DNA of 58,631 nt from Alphaproteobacteria bacterium (GCA_025360345.1 JANYCJ010000025.1:1-58631), one strand, 5' to 3'; shown: positions 37,407 through 46,366, numbered from the stretch's first letter. Numbers and translations: made by a program. The notes: generated from the letters alone by a model not told the origin.

Positions 37407-37548
37407 CACAATCCTCCTTTGGCGGTTAACCCCGTCATACTAGCACTAAAAAGTTAACACCCCCTGACTTTTCAATTCTCCCTTTGAAAATCCCCGGAAA
37501 TACACTACATATCAGCCATCCCAACAGTCAAAAACTCCGGAGAATCCC

Positions 37549-39231
37549 ATGGCCGCTTACCAATATATCTATGTAATGAAAGACTTAACCAAGGTCTTCC
37601 CCGGCGGCAAAAAGATCCTCGAAGGCGTGTACCTCTCCTTCTTCCCCGGCGCCAAAATCGGCGTGCTCGGCCCCAACGGCTCGGGTAAATCCACCCTGCT
37701 CAAAATCATGGCCGGCCGTGATAAGGAATATAACGGCGAAGCCTGGGCAGCAGATGGCGTCAAAATCGGCTATCTGGAGCAGGAACCCAAGCTCGACGAG
37801 AAAAAGAACGTGATGGAAAACATCATGGAAGCCTTAGGCGATAAAAAAGCCCTTCTGGACCGCTTTAACGAAGTCTCAAACCAGCTCGGCGAAGTCACCG
37901 ACGACGAGGAAATGAATAAACTCATCGAAGAGCAGGGCGAGCTGCAGGAAAAGATCGAAGCCGTAGGCGGCTGGGACATTGAGCGCGAAATCGAGATCGC
38001 CATGGATGCGCTGCGCTGCCCGCCCAAAGACGCCGACGTCACCAAGCTTTCCGGCGGCGAGCGCAGGCGCGTGGCCCTCACCAAGCTGCTGCTGGAAAAA
38101 CCCGACATGCTCCTGCTCGACGAACCCACCAACCACCTGGACGCCGAGTCCGTGGCATGGCTCCAGCACTTCCTCGAAACCTATCCCGGCACGGTCGTGA
38201 TGGTCACCCATGACCGCTACTTCCTCGACAATGTCGCCGGCTGGATTCTGGAGCTCGACCGCGGCCACGGCATCCCTTATGAGGGCAACTACTCCACCTA
38301 TCTCGATGCCAAGCGCAAGCGCATGGAGCAGGAAAAGAGCGAAGAAACCGGCCGCCAGAAGCAGCTGGCCAGCGAACTGGAATGGATTCGCCAGGGCGCC
38401 AAGGCCCGCCAGGCCAAGTCCAAGGCCCGTATCGCCGCCTACGAAACCCTGCAGGCACAGGAAACCAAGGCACAGGTCGGCACCGCCCAGATCATCATCC
38501 CGCAGGCTCCCCGCCTCGGCAACACCGTCATCGAAGCCGATCACCTCAACAAAGGCTTCGGCGACCGCCTGCTGATCGACAACCTCTCCTTCAGCCTCCC
38601 CCCCGGCGGCATCGTGGGCGTCATCGGCCCCAACGGCGCGGGCAAAACCACCCTGTTCAAAATGATAACCGGCGCAGACAAGCCCGATTCCGGCACCTTC
38701 AAAGTAGGCGACTCCGTAAAGCTCGGCTATGTAGACCAGTCCCGCGACTCGCTCAACGACAAGAACACCGTCTGGGAAGAAATCTCCGGCGGCGACGAGG
38801 AAATCTACCTCGGCAAGAAGCTGGTCAAATCCCGCGCCTACTGCTCCAGCTTCAACTTCAAAGGCTCCGACCAGCAAAAGAAAATCGGCACCTTGTCCGG
38901 CGGTGAGCGAAACCGCGTGCACCTCGCCAAGATGCTGCGCAAGGAAGCCAATGTCCTGCTGCTCGACGAACCCACCAACGACCTCGACGTGGAAACCCTG
39001 CGCGCCCTTGAAGACGCGCTGTCGGAGTTCGGCGGCTGCGCTGTCATCATCTCGCATGACCGCTGGTTCCTCGACCGCCTCGCCACCCACATCCTCGCCT
39101 TCGAAGGCGACTCCCATGTGGAATGGTTCGAAGGCAACTATGAAGCCTATGAGTCAGATCTCAAAAAGCGCCTCGGAGTCGATGTCCTCACCCCCACCAA
39201 GGTGAAATACCGCCCCCTCCAGCGCGCATAA
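37549..39231 (+). CDS. ettA: Energy-dependent translational throttle protein EttA (ABC-F)
   Basis: Two ABC cassettes (GPNGSGKST / GPNGAGKTT; LSGGERRR / LSGGERNR). About 560 aa, with an N-terminus typical of EttA. Confidence 0.95.
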   Translation: MAAYQYIYVMKDLTKVFPGGKKILEGVYLSFFPGAKIGVLGPNGSGKSTLLKIMAGRDKEYNGEAWAADGVKIGYLEQEPKLDEKKNVMENIMEALGDKKALLDRFNEVSNQLGEVTDDEEMNKLIEEQGELQEKIEAVGGWDIEREIEIAMDALRCPPKDADVTKLSGGERRRVALTKLLLEKPDMLLLDEPTNHLDAESVAWLQHFLETYPGTVVMVTHDRYFLDNVAGWILELDRGHGIPYEGNYSTYLDAKRKRMEQEKSEETGRQKQLASELEWIRQGAKARQAKSKARIAAYETLQAQETKAQVGTAQIIIPQAPRLGNTVIEADHLNKGFGDRLLIDNLSFSLPPGGIVGVIGPNGAGKTTLFKMITGADKPDSGTFKVGDSVKLGYVDQSRDSLNDKNTVWEEISGGDEEIYLGKKLVKSRAYCSSFNFKGSDQQKKIGTLSGGERNRVHLAKMLRKEANVLLLDEPTNDLDVETLRALEDALSEFGGCAVIISHDRWFLDRLATHILAFEGDSHVEWFEGNYEAYESDLKKRLGVDVLTPTKVKYRPLQRA

Positions 39232-39243
39232 AACAAGCAGTTT

Positions 39244-40626
39244 TCAATGTCGGAACAGCGACCCCGGCGGCTGCGCGCTGCGCGTGGCCTTATGCACGGC
39301 GTCAAATTCCTCCAGCGCCATCAGCTCGGCTATTTTCCCGTCGCATTTGGTGCGGTATAGCGCCACCAGCTTTTCCATCACCGCGTCTTCTTGCACCTGG
39401 TCTTTATATTGCAGCCCGTAATTCGCCTCCTGCAGCGCAATCTCCTGCAGGGTTTCGCGCAAATCCTTAAGCGTGCTGCGGTCACGCTCGCTCCAGCGGA
39501 ATTTGGCATCTTTCTCCGGTCGCAGCATCAGCTTGTGGCTGCCCGTCATCAGCCGCGTCGTCACCCCCGGCCTTTCAATATCGGCGCCCTTCATGGCAAA
39601 CCGCCCGCTTTCCAGCACCTTCGCGTAATCCTGCTCCAGCGGCGCCACGTAATGCTCTTTCACGAAAGCCCCCAGCTCGGGAAACGCCACCTCCATCAGC
39701 TTGCGCCCCGCCGTATCGCGCAGCCGGTCATGGGTCAGGCTGCCCACCAGCTCTTCATAAAGCGGTATCAGCTCCGCCCGCTTTGCCTCTGGCGTGGGAT
39801 ACATGTCCTCAGGTAATTGCCTGAGCGCCTCCATGCGGTTTACCACCCGCCCCAGCACCGCCACGGGGTCATAGAACACCGTGTCCGCCTGTGCGCCCAC
39901 AATCTCCACCCATCCCCGCCACTGCGCCACGAAATCCCGCTGTTCCTGCGTCATCTGGTCTGGGTGGTGTATTTTGTGGTAGGTGTCCAAAAGCCATGCC
40001 TGCTGTTCCTGCACCCTCTCAAGCAACCCGTCCGGCAGCCGGTCTGAAATGCCGCCCTTGGCAAGGTCGTAGGCATGTACCATCTCGTGCAGCGTCGTCT
40101 TGCTTTTTTTCTGGTCAGGGCCATGCGCCACGATCACTGTGGCGTAATCAGGCAGGATCGCCCCGCGATGCCTCGTGCTGGCCCCATCCAGCCCGCCGAT
40201 GATATCCTCGTCCGGGCAGATCAGCATCCGCAGTTTCTGGCCGTCCTTGCAGCCCTGCGCATAGAGCACCGCCGCCTCCGGCTCGCGTGCCGCCAGCGCC
40301 GCGGCGCCTTGCAGCATTGCCCGCTCCGGCCTGCTGTAATGGAATGCCAGCTCCCCGCCCCGCCTGTCCACCAGCGCCTTTTTCACGTCGCGGATCAGCG
40401 CCATCGTGCTTGCGCGGCTCAGGTAATGTTTTTGGGTAAGCGTCTTTTCCAGCGCTTGCGCGCGCCCGTCAAACGCATCCACCGGGAAAATCTGCGCGAC
40501 CTGCTTCCCATTATTGGCTACGCCCATACTCCAGCTGCGGTCATGATACAGCACCACGCTGTCGCGGTGGAACACCGCGTCGCCCAGCAATGCGCTTAGC
40601 AACGTGCCCGATTGTTTTTCAACCAT
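39244..40626 (-). CDS. Hypothetical protein with an HExxH zincin-like motif
   Basis: A 460-aa ORF with host-like codon bias. HEMVH lies in the context KSKTTLHEMVHAYDLAKG. It has no signal peptide or TM segment. I recognise no family. Confidence 0.65.
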   Translation of the reverse strand: MVEKQSGTLLSALLGDAVFHRDSVVLYHDRSWSMGVANNGKQVAQIFPVDAFDGRAQALEKTLTQKHYLSRASTMALIRDVKKALVDRRGGELAFHYSRPERAMLQGAAALAAREPEAAVLYAQGCKDGQKLRMLICPDEDIIGGLDGASTRHRGAILPDYATVIVAHGPDQKKSKTTLHEMVHAYDLAKGGISDRLPDGLLERVQEQQAWLLDTYHKIHHPDQMTQEQRDFVAQWRGWVEIVGAQADTVFYDPVAVLGRVVNRMEALRQLPEDMYPTPEAKRAELIPLYEELVGSLTHDRLRDTAGRKLMEVAFPELGAFVKEHYVAPLEQDYAKVLESGRFAMKGADIERPGVTTRLMTGSHKLMLRPEKDAKFRWSERDRSTLKDLRETLQEIALQEANYGLQYKDQVQEDAVMEKLVALYRTKCDGKIAELMALEEFDAVHKATRSAQPPGSLFRH

Positions 40627-40710
40627 ATTTCCATGGTATCAGAAATATGTTACAATATTATGTACTAGTTTATTATTACATAACAACAGCTTATCCGGGC
40701 TGCGGCAGAG

Positions 40711-40956
40711 CTAAACCTTGATATTGACCGGTGCATAGGCGCTGGCGGGCTTACCTGCATTTTGCCCGCTTGCCTGCCCCGTCGGCTGGATCAGCCCGGG
40801 CTTATGTTTCTTGTCCCCGTCCTGCGAAAGCCCCAGCAAAGATGCGAAATCCACACTCTGCGTATCTTTCTTCGTTGGCGTCACGTTCGATGCGGTTTTC
40901 GAATACGCGCCCACCTGCGATGCCGCGCCAATGCCCGATGTGCTGCAACTGCTCAT
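40711..40956 (-). CDS. Hypothetical small S/G/T/K-rich (likely disordered) protein
   Basis: The ATG at 40956 is preceded by AGGAG with a 5-nt spacer. The track opens at a TTG at 40971. Its low complexity keeps coding status uncertain. Confidence 0.4.
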   Translation of the reverse strand: MSSCSTSGIGAASQVGAYSKTASNVTPTKKDTQSVDFASLLGLSQDGDKKHKPGLIQPTGQASGQNAGKPASAYAPVNIKV

Positions 40957-41073
40957 ACCTGCTCCTGACAAATACCGCCGAAAATCCGGCCTCAGGAACT
41001 ATGCAAGTTTCACACCAAGCTAACCGCTTGATTCGTATGCGCTCCCCACGCCGCCAAACCTGCCGCCCGGCAG

Positions 41074-41913
41074 CTACTGCCCCGTGCCCCGCGTGAACAC
41101 CCTGTCCGTGGGCAGCACGTCAGACTCGCCCAGCTCCGGCAGGCTTTTCACATGCGCGTAAATATCGGTAAAATCCGGCTTGGTCTGCTCAAAAAGCTGC
41201 TCAAAACTGTCGATCACGAAATACGTCCGCTGCAAATCGTCATAGCGGTAATTCGTGCGCATCATCCGCACCAGGTCAAACCCCAGCCGGTTGGGCGCTG
41301 CGCTTTCCAGCGCATACACCGACTCCTTCGCCGAAGACACGATGCCCGAACCGAAAATCCTTAAACCCTCCGCCGTGTTGATCAGCCCGAACTCCACCGT
41401 GAACCAGTAAAGCCGCGTAATCAGCTTGGTCGCCTTAAGCCCCTTGGCCTTCATCGCCCCCAGCCCGAATTGCTGCATATAATCGGCGAATATGGGGTTC
41501 GACAGCAGCGGCACATGCCCGAACAGGTCATGGAACACGTCCGGCTCCTTCAGGTAATCAATCTCTTCCTTACCCCGAATCCACCACGTTACCGGGAATT
41601 GCCGCTTGGACAAATGCTCAAGGAACACGCCCCCCGGAATCAACCCCGGCACGGTCACGATGGTCCAGTTGGTGGTCTTTTCCAGCATGTCGCTCACCCG
41701 CCGCATATCGGGGATGCCCGCCTCGCTCACAATGCTTAAATCCTGCAGCGCCTTCAGGTATTCGTTGCACGCCCTGTCCTTCAGCAGTGGCTTCTGCCTT
41801 TCGCACAGGAAGTGCCACAGCGCATGGTCTTCCGCGCTATACTGCCCGGGGTCGAAATCAAACGTGTAATCGCTGCGCATGTCGGGCGGGTGGGTATCGG
41901 CACGGAGCACCAT
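41074..41913 (-). CDS. phhA: Phenylalanine 4-monooxygenase
   Basis: The iron-site motif PDVFHDLFGHVPLL is present, along with YWFTVEFGL. The ~280-aa length fits the bacterial enzyme. Confidence 0.93.
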   Translation of the reverse strand: MVLRADTHPPDMRSDYTFDFDPGQYSAEDHALWHFLCERQKPLLKDRACNEYLKALQDLSIVSEAGIPDMRRVSDMLEKTTNWTIVTVPGLIPGGVFLEHLSKRQFPVTWWIRGKEEIDYLKEPDVFHDLFGHVPLLSNPIFADYMQQFGLGAMKAKGLKATKLITRLYWFTVEFGLINTAEGLRIFGSGIVSSAKESVYALESAAPNRLGFDLVRMMRTNYRYDDLQRTYFVIDSFEQLFEQTKPDFTDIYAHVKSLPELGESDVLPTDRVFTRGTGQ

Positions 41914-42062
41914 AAATAAATCCTCGTCAAAGCCTTAAGACCATGTCCCATCATACCAAATCCCGCCCCCAATCTCTAGTTTTTTGAAAATCCACCCCCG
42001 CTTGGCCGTTGCCGTGCCTGCCCGCCATGCTAAGATGGCCGCCCACAACCATTGATGCCGCC

Positions 42063-42500
42063 ATGCCCAAAACACCTGCCATTACCGTCAAGGAACTGCA
42101 AACCCATGAAGAATGGGCCTCCATGTTTGCCCTCATCAAGCACCAGAACAAGGAAATGACCAAAAAGGAATTCACCCGCCTCCTCGCCGAAATGCGCCCC
42201 CGCGGCTACCGCTGCATCGGCGCCTATCTCTCCGGCGAGCTGGTGGGCATCATGGGCTTCTGGATTTCCTTCCGCTTCTGGTGCCGCAAATACATCGACA
42301 TTGATAACGTCGTGGTAGACGAGAAACACCGGGGCAGGGGCATTGGCCGCAAAATGCTCCTCTGGGTGGAAAAAGAGGGCCGCCGCGAAAACTGCCAGAT
42401 GGCCGTGCTGGACAGCTACACCACCGCCCAGAAAGCACACCGCTTTTATTTCCGCGAAGGATACGCTATCTTGGGCTACCACTTCACCAAATACCTGTAA
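42063..42500 (+). CDS. GNAT family N-acetyltransferase
   Basis: The acetyl-CoA motif region is VVVDEKHRGRGIGRKMLLWVE, and FYFREGY follows. The start is uncertain (ATGs at 42009, 42027, 42063). Confidence 0.8.
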   Translation: MPKTPAITVKELQTHEEWASMFALIKHQNKEMTKKEFTRLLAEMRPRGYRCIGAYLSGELVGIMGFWISFRFWCRKYIDIDNVVVDEKHRGRGIGRKMLLWVEKEGRRENCQMAVLDSYTTAQKAHRFYFREGYAILGYHFTKYL

Positions 42501-42508
42501 GGCACCCC

Positions 42509-43588
42509 ATGACCGACACCGATGACTTCATCAACCCCATGGGCACCGACGGCTTCGAGTTCGTCGAATATGCAGCGCAAGACCCCGCCGCGCTGGAAGC
42601 CCTGTTCACCCGGCTCGGCTTCAGCAAAATCGCCCGCCACCGCTCCAAGAATGTCGGCCTCTGGCGGCAGGGCGACATCAACTTCATCCTCAACGCCGAA
42701 AAAGACAGCCACGCCGCGGGATTTTTTTACGCCCACGGCCTCTCCGCAAACGCCATGGCCTTCCGCGTCAAGTCCGTCGCCAAAGCCCTGCAACGTGCCA
42801 AAGACTTAGGCCTTGAAATCATCGCCTCCAAGGTCGGCCCTATGGAGCTGAATATCCCCGCCATCGTCGGCATCGGCGGCAGCCTACTCTACCTCGTGGA
42901 AAAATCCGGCCCCTTTAGCATTTACGATGTGGATTTCGTCCCCCTCGAAGGCGTAAACCAGCACCCCGTGGGCTGCGGCCTCACCCATATCGACCACCTC
43001 ACCCACAACGTCTACCGCGGCAACATGGGCACATGGGCGGAGTTCTACGAGCGCATCTTCAACTTCCGCGAAATCCGCTATTTCGATATCGAAGGCAAGC
43101 TCACCGGCCTCAAATCCAAGGCCATGACCTCCCCCTGCGGCAAAATCCGCATCCCCATCAACGAATCATCCGACGACAAGTCCCAGATCGAGGAATACCT
43201 GCGCGAATACAAGGGCGAAGGCATCCAGCACATCGCGCTGGCCACCGCCGATATTTACAACACCGTCGAATCCCTGAAGCACAACCACATCACCTTCATG
43301 GACCCGCCTCCTTCCACCTATTACGAGCGCATCGACACCCGCCTCTGCGGCCACGGCGAAGACATCGCCCGCCTGCGCAAAAACGGCATCCTGATCGACG
43401 GTGCGCCCGAATCCGCCCCCGGCAGGCACGATGGCGGCATCCTGCTGCAAATTTTCACCAGCACCGTCATCGGCCCCATCTTCTACGAAATCATCCAGCG
43501 CAAGGGCGACGAAGGCTTCGGCGAAGGCAACTTCCGCGCCCTTTTCGAATCCATCGAAGAAGACCAGGTCAAGCGCGGCGTGCTTTGA
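42509..43588 (+). CDS. hppD: 4-hydroxyphenylpyruvate dioxygenase
   Basis: GFEFVEY, GEGIQHIALATADIY and the canonical C-terminus FYEIIQRKGDEGFGEGNFRALFESIE. Confidence 0.96.
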   Translation: MTDTDDFINPMGTDGFEFVEYAAQDPAALEALFTRLGFSKIARHRSKNVGLWRQGDINFILNAEKDSHAAGFFYAHGLSANAMAFRVKSVAKALQRAKDLGLEIIASKVGPMELNIPAIVGIGGSLLYLVEKSGPFSIYDVDFVPLEGVNQHPVGCGLTHIDHLTHNVYRGNMGTWAEFYERIFNFREIRYFDIEGKLTGLKSKAMTSPCGKIRIPINESSDDKSQIEEYLREYKGEGIQHIALATADIYNTVESLKHNHITFMDPPPSTYYERIDTRLCGHGEDIARLRKNGILIDGAPESAPGRHDGGILLQIFTSTVIGPIFYEIIQRKGDEGFGEGNFRALFESIEEDQVKRGVL

Positions 43589-43591
43589 TCT

Positions 43592-43798
43592 ATGACTGAA
43601 AGCGAACCAAATTACTTAGAGAAATGCAGAAAAAACAACATTTGCCCAACCTGTCAAAATACTATCACACAGAAGGTGGGCAAAGGAAATCTCGAGGAGG
43701 GTGTTTTTTGCTCTTTGAGCTGCTACACAGAATGGAACAAAGTTCTTTTAATAAAAAGACATCAGGAAAGGCTTAAGGATAATAATAAAGATGGCTGA
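43592..43798 (+). CDS. Small zinc-ribbon-like protein (CPTC...CSLSC) with a basic tail; low GC
   Basis: The 68-aa ORF starts 3 nt after the hppD stop and overlaps the next gene by 8 nt. It has four Cys in a CxxC/CxxxC arrangement. Its composition matches the downstream gene, not the host. Confidence 0.55.
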   Translation: MTESEPNYLEKCRKNNICPTCQNTITQKVGKGNLEEGVFCSLSCYTEWNKVLLIKRHQERLKDNNKDG

Positions 43799-44999
43799 AG
43801 TAGTGCGACTAGATATATCCGATAGTAACAACCTAGAAACGCCGTCTAAGGCTGTTTATACTGGCATTCTACCATGTCAAAAAATTCGAGAGATGATTTT
43901 TAATAAGGAAATCAGCGCAATATTTTCAGAAATTGAAGAAGATCAAATCCAGCCGGCTAGTATAGATCTTAGGTTGGGTGATTATGCGTATCCTGTGCAA
44001 ACTAGCTTCCTACCGGGCAAAGGTGTAAAGGTAATGGATAAAATGAAACAGCTAGATCACGATTTTGATAAATTTAAAATCGACCTAACTGTTAAAGACG
44101 GCGCTATCCTTGAGCGCGACAAGGTTTACGTTATACCACTATTAGAAGCTATAAATTTAAAAAGCGAAGTAGCAGCTTTTGCCAACCCCAAAAGCTCCAC
44201 AGGTCGCCTAGATATCCTTACTAGGTTGATAGCAGATGGCTGTTCTGTTTTTGACCAATTAGATGAGGGTTATGTTGGTCAATTATATATAGAAGTTGCT
44301 CCAAAAAGCTTTAGTATTGTTGCTAGAAAAGGAGACCGTCTTAATCAATTACGATTTAGACGAGCAAGAGGGGAAACCCCTAAATCAATTCCAGCCCATA
44401 TTTGGAGTCAGTTACTAGCTGAAAATCGCATAGTGAAAGATCTAGATGCTGCTAATATGGAAGTACTATCTAGAAAAAGCGAACTCCCATTTACAGTAGA
44501 TTTACAGGGAAGCGGTGCCGATTCTATCGTAGGTTGGCGAGCTAAGAAGCATACCAAACGCATTGACCTAAAAAACAGAAATTATAACCCTTATGAATTT
44601 TGGGAACCTATAATTGCAAATAAAGAAAAGACTCTAGTATTAGAGCCTGATCAATTCTATATTTTGATGACAAAAGAATCGATTGCAGTTCCTAAAGACT
44701 TTGCGGCAGAAATGCTTCCGTATGACACAAGGGCGGGAGAATTTCGAGTTCACTACGCGGGATTTTTCGATCCCGGCTTCGGGATCGATGAGAACACTCA
44801 AAAAGCGGGATCTAGTCGAGGCGTTCTAGAAGTACGCTCACATGAAGTTCCTTTTCTCCTGGAGCATGGACAGATAGTAGGATGGCTAAAATACGAATAT
44901 ATGGCAGCCCCGCCCGATACTTTATATGGCACTGATGCGTCATCTAACTATCAAGGACAGGGGCTTAAACTTGCCAAACAATTTTGTTTCAAAGTCTAG
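43791..44999 (+). CDS. Long (two-domain) 2'-deoxycytidine 5'-triphosphate deaminase family protein; low GC
   Basis: Two Dcd/dUTPase-fold halves are present. The first has QPASIDLRLGDYAY, NPKSSTGRLDI and LYIEV. The second has AEMLPYDTRAGEFRVHYAGFFDPGFG and GVLEVRSHEVPF. About 40% G+C. Confidence 0.85.
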   Translation: MAEVVRLDISDSNNLETPSKAVYTGILPCQKIREMIFNKEISAIFSEIEEDQIQPASIDLRLGDYAYPVQTSFLPGKGVKVMDKMKQLDHDFDKFKIDLTVKDGAILERDKVYVIPLLEAINLKSEVAAFANPKSSTGRLDILTRLIADGCSVFDQLDEGYVGQLYIEVAPKSFSIVARKGDRLNQLRFRRARGETPKSIPAHIWSQLLAENRIVKDLDAANMEVLSRKSELPFTVDLQGSGADSIVGWRAKKHTKRIDLKNRNYNPYEFWEPIIANKEKTLVLEPDQFYILMTKESIAVPKDFAAEMLPYDTRAGEFRVHYAGFFDPGFGIDENTQKAGSSRGVLEVRSHEVPFLLEHGQIVGWLKYEYMAAPPDTLYGTDASSNYQGQGLKLAKQFCFKV

Positions 45000-45241
45000 G
45001 CCGCCTGTTTCTTGAGGATCGCAAACAGCGCATCCTTCAGCTTCAGCCGTTCCTTCTTGGCATTTTCCATCACCACGTCCGAAACCGTTTCCAGCTCGTC
45101 TTCCATGCGCGACACCTGCTCGGTCACGGCGGTGTATTCCTTATACAGCTTGGCAAAATGCGCGTCTTCCTGCTTCAGCTGTGAAATGCGCTCCTTATAT
45201 TCGGGAAATTCATGCACCAGCTCGTGGGTCTCATTAAACAT
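44996..45241 (-). CDS. DUF465 (YdcH-like) coiled-coil protein
   Basis: HELVHEFPEYKERISQLKQEDAHFAKLYKEY...RLKLKD is the typical DUF465 pattern. Length 81 aa. Confidence 0.85.
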   Translation of the reverse strand: MFNETHELVHEFPEYKERISQLKQEDAHFAKLYKEYTAVTEQVSRMEDELETVSDVVMENAKKERLKLKDALFAILKKQAA

Positions 45242-45310
45242 AATAGCCTCCTTAAAAGGGTGAAAAAACTGATCTAACGCTCCGCCGCATTAAAAAACCA
45301 TAGGAAAACT

Positions 45311-46366
45311 TTACAGCAGCGCCTCCGCAATCGTGGCATAGGCGCTGGCATAAGCCCCGTCATACACATGCGCTTCCTCCGCCGACTGGCCGATGAACGG
45401 GTCGATAGGCACCTCGCCGAGGAACGCCACCCCCGCTTCCTGCGCAAGCTTCCTGCCGCCGCCTTCGCCAAACAGCGCAATCTGCTTTCCCGTCGCCGGT
45501 TCCACGAAATAGCTCATATTCTCCACCACTCCCAGCACCGGCACGTTGAGCTTCATAAACATCTTCATGCATTTGCGCGCATCCATCACCGCCACCTCCT
45601 GCGGCGTGGTCACGATCACCGCGCCCGCCATGGGCACCTGCTGCATCATGCTCAAGTGAATATCTCCCGTGCCCGGCGGCATGTCCACCAGCAGCAGGTC
45701 AAGCTTGCCGTGCTGCCCCCACCGCGTGAACCGCAGCAGCTGGTGCAGCGTCTTGGAAATCATCGGCCCGCGCAGCATCGCCGCCTCCTCGCCGGTGATA
45801 AAGCCCATGCTCATGCACTCCACCCCGTGCGCCGCGGGCGGCACCATCTTGCCCTCCACAATCGGCGGCTGCCCGGAAAGCCCCAGCATCCGCGGCAGCG
45901 AAGGCCCGTAAATATCCGCGTCCAGCAGCCCCACCCGCTTGCCCGCTTTTGCCAGCGCCAGCGCCAAATTCAGCGCCGTGGTCGATTTGCCCACGCCGCC
46001 CTTGCCGCTCGCCACCGCGATCACCTTAAAAACATTTTCCACCGGCGTCAGGTTCCACACCGCTCTGTCGCGCGGCTGCGAATAGCCCGCTTCCGGCTTC
46101 GGCGGAATCTTTCCGCTCGCCTGCGCCGTCATCACCGCCGTCACGCTCACCACGCCCGGCAGTTTCGTCACCGCCGCTTCACACTGCTCGCGCAGCCGCG
46201 CCATATCGTCTTTGAACGCTGTGTCGATGGTCAGCACAAACCCCACCTTGCCCTCGCGCACCACCACGCCGGAAATCATCCCGGCCGACATCACGTCGCG
46301 CCCCGACTGCGGGTCGCTGACGGTGCTAAGTGCCAATTTAACGGAATCTGCGGTAAGTGATGACAT
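45311..46366 (-). CDS. apbC: Iron-sulfur cluster carrier ATPase (Mrp/NBP35 family)
   Basis: N-terminal MIP18-like domain, deviant Walker A ASGKGGVGKSTTALNLA, and a CxxC-region equivalent. Confidence 0.93.
   Translation of the reverse strand: MSSLTADSVKLALSTVSDPQSGRDVMSAGMISGVVVREGKVGFVLTIDTAFKDDMARLREQCEAAVTKLPGVVSVTAVMTAQASGKIPPKPEAGYSQPRDRAVWNLTPVENVFKVIAVASGKGGVGKSTTALNLALALAKAGKRVGLLDADIYGPSLPRMLGLSGQPPIVEGKMVPPAAHGVECMSMGFITGEEAAMLRGPMISKTLHQLLRFTRWGQHGKLDLLLVDMPPGTGDIHLSMMQQVPMAGAVIVTTPQEVAVMDARKCMKMFMKLNVPVLGVVENMSYFVEPATGKQIALFGEGGGRKLAQEAGVAFLGEVPIDPFIGQSAEEAHVYDGAYASAYATIAEALL

Noticed and set aside
34352-37409. A genomic island integrated at ssrA, which is a classic island attachment site, to explain the orphan genes at 35.4-37.4 kb.
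   Set aside because: No integrase or excisionase is present. I could find no direct repeat of the ssrA 3' end. The housekeeping genes sspB and tadA lie between ssrA and the orphans. The GC content is mostly host-like.
40640-40690. The AT-rich palindromic stretch as a chromosome dimer-resolution (dif) site.
   Set aside because: It contains TTATGT-like hexamers but lacks the 11-6-11 XerC/XerD architecture, and the arms do not resemble known dif consensus sequences. It is more simply a promoter or operator region.
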